From Tricharina praecox (Eukaryota), in the NCBI RefSeq assembly GCF_024521635.1, contig NW_026250432.1:248001-312000 (forward strand): a DNA stretch of 64,000 nucleotides, given 5' to 3'. The notes under the pieces are model-generated. The model had not been told where the DNA came from. It did no database searches and was given only the letters and a program-made list of their open reading frames with translations. Shown one piece after another: positions 59,071 through 64,000 of this stretch. The position numbers were made by a program, and so were the translations under genes. The first letter of the stretch is position 1; each line of letters opens with the position of its first letter.

Positions 59071-62000
59071 TGCGATCGTAGTTGCGGATGTGACGTTACG
59101 AGGAAGTCGAGGTCTTGGATACGGGCACACAATCGGTAGTTGACTCGCAGTGAAGTTGTGGGGACAATTCGAGTGATGATAATTATGGGAGTTGATCCGA
59201 ATTAGCGCACAATAGCAGTGAGGAATTGACGCTTTATACCTGTGCTCGAATCCGAAAAGCCCTTTGTTGAGCACCAAAGGGCATATCGGCGTACGGCGGC
59301 TCAGCAACACGGCCGCACAGAGCAGAGTGAGAGTGGTTTTTCCAGGCACGCCAGCATCCCGGCGCAGATCCCTACCCAACGCACCTGTCAGGCCATCTCA
59401 TCCCTCTCTCGCTTGTTCCGAGCCAACGAACAAACTTTCGCGATGAAGATCAGGCCATCCACGAGCACACGCATAACCTAGTGAAATCCCGTACCCAATC
59501 CCCAACGTTCGACACATGGCGAACAGGGGAGAATTTCCAAAATCCTTCCTTCGCCGACGTCACCCCCGTCGCCCTTTCGGCGCCGCTCGAAAGCCCCCTC
59601 CCGGAACCACCACCGGAACGGCGCGACGGCGCGAATCCCGCTCCGACGAGTCCCTCGCTTCGCCCTGGTGCCATTGGTGCGATTGCCGCTTGTGCATAAA
59701 AATCCCGAGATTTTCCGCTCACCAAAGAGAAGAGAAGAGAAAACGGGAGAGCTATGAAGGACACGCAAGTCCGCAGACGCCACAGTGTAATCGCCGCCCC
59801 TCTCCCCTCTCCTCCTCCCCCGCCCCACCATTCCGAAGTGCTGCTCCCAGTGGCTGTACATAGCGACGTCAAGTTATCAACCACGCCACAACCAGGACTC
59901 TATCTAACTAACCGGAGCAAGCGAGAATGTTCTCGACCAAGGTTAATCTCGATTCCAACCATGGCCCTGGGTTGACGAACGTTGTGGGGTGCCGTTGTGG
60001 GGTGCCGATGACTGCGAAACCCCCCACGCACGACCCACGTTAGGTAGACGTCTCCCAACCGTTTATCATATCGTCTGGGGCGGCACGTTTCCGGCATGTC
60101 TACTCCCCGGCATTACCCTGAGAGAATCCTTAAGCCGGACAGGCGCAGTATCAAACTCTGCTGATGAACATCGGATTTGTATCATGTCTAGGTAGCATGT
60201 GATCTCCACGGAATATCACTCGCCAACACACACCAAGCTCGATTTTTTTTTCTTTCAATTCCAGCATTGCGTCTTTGGTATTCCAGAACAACCTTGGAGC
60301 TACGGGATTGCCCATAGAATTCATGTTCTTCTATATGAGTTGAGTTCGCATCGACCGTGATGCGAACGTGATCTGCCGGCGGCAATCCGACAACAACCAC
60401 ACAGCCCACAGACTCCCAATGAATCACCGCCTTCGAGTCTTCGACGGATACGCGGAAAGCCTCGGCAAGGCTGTGTCTCTCTAGGGTTGCCGAAGGAAAA
60501 ACCTCTCGCAAAGCCTGCCACAAACCGGTCACGTTGAGTGTCAAAGTTAAAATTCTAGGAGGTGATGGATGAGGTATGTACTTAGAATGGATCTAGGTAC
60601 TGCACGGGAATAGGACTGTATGTAGCAACAATGCCGTCACTATTGCTTTCCATCATCTGGCATTAAAATTCCAAGCCTGGAGGCCATAACTACAACCTGA
60701 AGCACGGCGATTCGAGGAGATGCAATTCAGCGTCTGAAGCTTCTTCGTGGGGCCTCATCCGCATCGGATAGTTTGCCCATCGTTCCTTTCCAAGTGTGAG
60801 GTTAGGAGGTCGAGTATGTTCCAAGATACTATCTAAGGAAAGCTGGTTTCCATGATTGTATGATAGCTTTCGAGAAAGGGGCTTTGCAGTTTGGTACGAT
60901 GCCGTGCTGAAAGCTTGGAAGAAGCACCTACATACACAATGGAATCTTCAAACCATCACAATACCTACCTCATACCTACCTATTTCGAATCCCGTGCTGA
61001 AGAATTCAACCAACATGAAACACCACTGGCAGTTCCATTTCCTCTAATGTACATGCCTGGTTAAGTTCCAGTTCAGTTCTAACGGACGACCGCATCACAA
61101 ATCCACAATCTTCTCACAGCGGACAGGAGATTGGTTATCGATGGTATCCGCCCTCGGCCCGAACCGTATCTTCGACGACGGACGGCGGACGACGGACACT
61201 ATTGATCGCAACATAGCCCCGCCAGCAGCAGCACGTACCTGGTAGTTACATTCCGCGCGGGTTTCTAGGACCCCAAGTCCCCAACTCCAATCTAGACTCC
61301 TCAGGAGTATGTACCTACGTTATCTACCTGATATCTACTCATTCGTAAGCCACAAGCGCCAAGAACTCCGAATACGCTTGCCTCGTGGCTATGGAAGTCC
61401 ACTATCTAACCACTTTAATCGTCGCCATTTCAGCATGATCTCTTGTACTCCACAAAGTACCATATACCTCTACAACCTGATATTCGCCATCTTGCGTGAC
61501 TCTGTCGCCACACTCGCACTATGTACCCGTTGCCACTCATTAGCTCATTAGCTCATTTGGAATTTTTAGCGTTTGTGTCTTGTGAACGAGTAGATACGGT
61601 ACTGAATATGGAACTTGATCGGCTAGGAGATCTGGCGTGAGTATACACCGCTAGGCCGGCCATTTTGAGCTTCGTCTTTGCCCAAATAGGGGATGCGGCT
61701 ACATATCAGATCGGGATTTCACATTTTTCGACCGTTGATCTGTTTGAGCAGTGAGCCCGGCCTAGAGAGGAATTGGCGAAGAGCCCTCGCAAAACAGTCG
61801 TGATCCCCGGTGACCGAAGTCGCCGAATCGAGTGATAGTTCATGATTATCGTCCCCCTCCACCCACCGTGATATCTCGTGAAAGGCGAGAGAAAAACGAG
61901 GGAAAAGCGAGCTCCTCTCTGTGGAGTGATAGAAGCGTATCATTATGAACAGACACCGCCCAGAGTCGCCAGTAATGGTGGCGTATATACTACTGTGGCC

Positions 62001-64000
62001 CGCGGATCCGGTTCGACTCACCTATTCCAGTCGGCTCGGATATCGTACCTATTGTCAGTCGGTAGTTACTTGGCGATGGTATTTTGTATATAAGTAACCA
62101 CCAAGACCGCCGAGACCGTCGGCTACAGAATGGCATAGCTACGGCGTGTGGCTGGCTCCCTTCCCTCAAGCTCCATGGGACTGCAGTATGTACCGGATGC
62201 GGGACGGGGCGGGGCGGTGAGCGATGGTGATCGGCGGTGTGTGATCATTCCCGTGGCAGAACCAACGAAGAAAGGGGAACCTGTGATGTATTTCTTCCTC
62301 AGGCATTACATGGAAGGATGGGGTCCCTTCACCGAAGTTCACTGAAGGTACATCTGTTCTCTAGAACAGTGTGTTTTGTTTGCTTGCAATGGTAGCATTT
62401 TTGATCATGAGAGCCGGCGGTGTTGCAGGGCCGCGTTTTACCCGTCTTCTGATACTTCGAAGTACTCTATGTACTCACGCCTTATCGTAGCCATGTGGTC
62501 AGACAACACAGAAATAAAGCCATCAGGCGGTCGCACAAAATATCCACCTTGGTACATGCGAATCATCATGAGGAACAGACACCGGATCAAAGTATTCGGT
62601 TCGAAGCGAGCGACATCATGCCGGTACCTAGCGAACCAGTCATCGTCCAGCTCCCACCACGTTGTGCTCGTTATGGATGCGGAGGTATCGGTATTAATTG
62701 GCTCTTATGTCTTTACCCAACCACCACCACCCGCCAATATATACCAGCGCGCCTCCAGCGAACACCCGAGTATTTGCCCCTCGCAGACGGCCGCTCCATA
62801 CTTTAGCACGTGCACAGCAATGAGATCTCTGGGGTAGATATGATCATGTATGTATTTACGCATAAATACGGCGAGCTCGGGCCCCCCATGCTGTCTCTCC
62901 GTCCCTGCAGCGCGGTGTGCGGCGGCATACGCGCATGCTGTAGCTCAGCACGTCAGATCTCCACGAAAGAGCGACGGGGGGAGGGGAAGGAGGTGCGGGC
63001 ACCCAATCGGAATCGACGATCCAACACGATGGGGAGTCTGTAGGTCCAGGTTCCTCGCGCCCGACCGTTGTGCCTAGGTATTTTACACAAATGTAAGTAT
63101 GTTGGTTGGTAGACATCGCCGACGTGGTCTGGCGGGCGGGCGTGAAGTGGTGGCTGGAGCCTGGAGCCTGGGGGGAACTCCGATGCGGACAAGGTAGAGA
63201 TCTTCGTTTTTCTATCGTGTTGTTCTTTCTTCTAGAGCACATAACTACGGTGCTAGGTGGCAGTCCTTCTTTGTTGCGTTCTCCAGAGTCCAGTGCGGGT
63301 TCTTTCCCCAGCCCCATTTTCTCGCCGGGGCGATGTCGAATGGTCACAAAATCAGGTTCCATTATTACGCCTTCAAGACGGCTCTTGATTGGCTGCCCAT
63401 CACGTCACCTCTCGCTAGCGGCGGCTCTTTGGCACCCCAAAAACTTCGAATCCATGCTACACCACGCAAAATCACTGCCCACGCAGAATCCGCCGACAGG
63501 ATAACAACAGCAACTCGTCGCAGCGGGACGAGAGCAACGCGAGAAATGCCGCTTAGAAACCAGAATCCCAAAAAGAAGAACCGGGGTTGGCAGCGAGGCA
63601 TCGAGCTCGGCGGAACCAGCATGGAGCTCCGGATCCGATCGAAACTCTACTATATGTGGTTATCCAGAGTGTTCTGCACTAGGATATTAGGTTGGAGTCC
63701 GTGTATCAAAACGGCCGCCCTCCCCCTCTCACCTCATCTTGCCCCATAAATTCACTTTCGATCTTTCCGTTATTCCTTCACTGCACTCGCCTGTCCAACC
63801 GTCCCCTCCCCCGCCCTACCGACCGACCGACCGACTCGTGCCAGCCGTGTTGTCGTGGCCGCAGCAAAAGGAAGCCCTTCTCCCCCAGGACCCATCGACC
63901 GCGGTCGCTACAACTACGGCAGTATGGCCAGTCCTTCGCCCCAATCCCCCAAGAAGTTGGGAACGCAGGTAGGACAAGGTCTCGCCAAAGTCCTCGGAAT

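Noticed and set aside
59900..64000. Short ORFs in the last 4 kb (for example 60188-60544, 62376-62837, 62856-63362)
   Set aside because: No recognisable domains or consistent splice structure; cannot be supported as genes.

Overview
Fungal (filamentous ascomycete-type) genomic DNA with short GT-AG introns, low gene density and long repeat-rich intergenic stretches. Supported genes: 3' part of uroporphyrinogen decarboxylase (HEM12), an orphan Tyr/Ala/Pro-rich protein with a C4 motif, a TVP38/DedA membrane protein, a GH18 chitinase, a Sel1-repeat DSF2/Nif1-like protein, a METTL21-type methyltransferase, a 4-exon repeat protein of unknown function, a small secreted 8-Cys peptide, a multi-exon NLR-like NACHT-ankyrin gene, a DUF1776 protein, a bilirubin-oxidase-type multicopper oxidase and an allantoate-family MFS transporter. 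Main items for follow-up: (1) four related copies (perhaps five) of a ~130-160 nt unit with RNA polymerase III-type signals (TATA-like, A box, B box, oligo-T), a conserved 3' domain and an exchangeable central hairpin, present as two pairs inside longer direct repeats; (2) the NLR's 15 near-identical 99-bp ankyrin repeats, which vary only at two shuffled cassettes; (3) a 1,048-bp TA-flanked element with 75-bp TIRs (pogo/Fot1-like, non-autonomous); (4) the 9-mer TATCACTCG found 11 times, always outside coding sequence. All calls come from reading the sequence; no database search was run.
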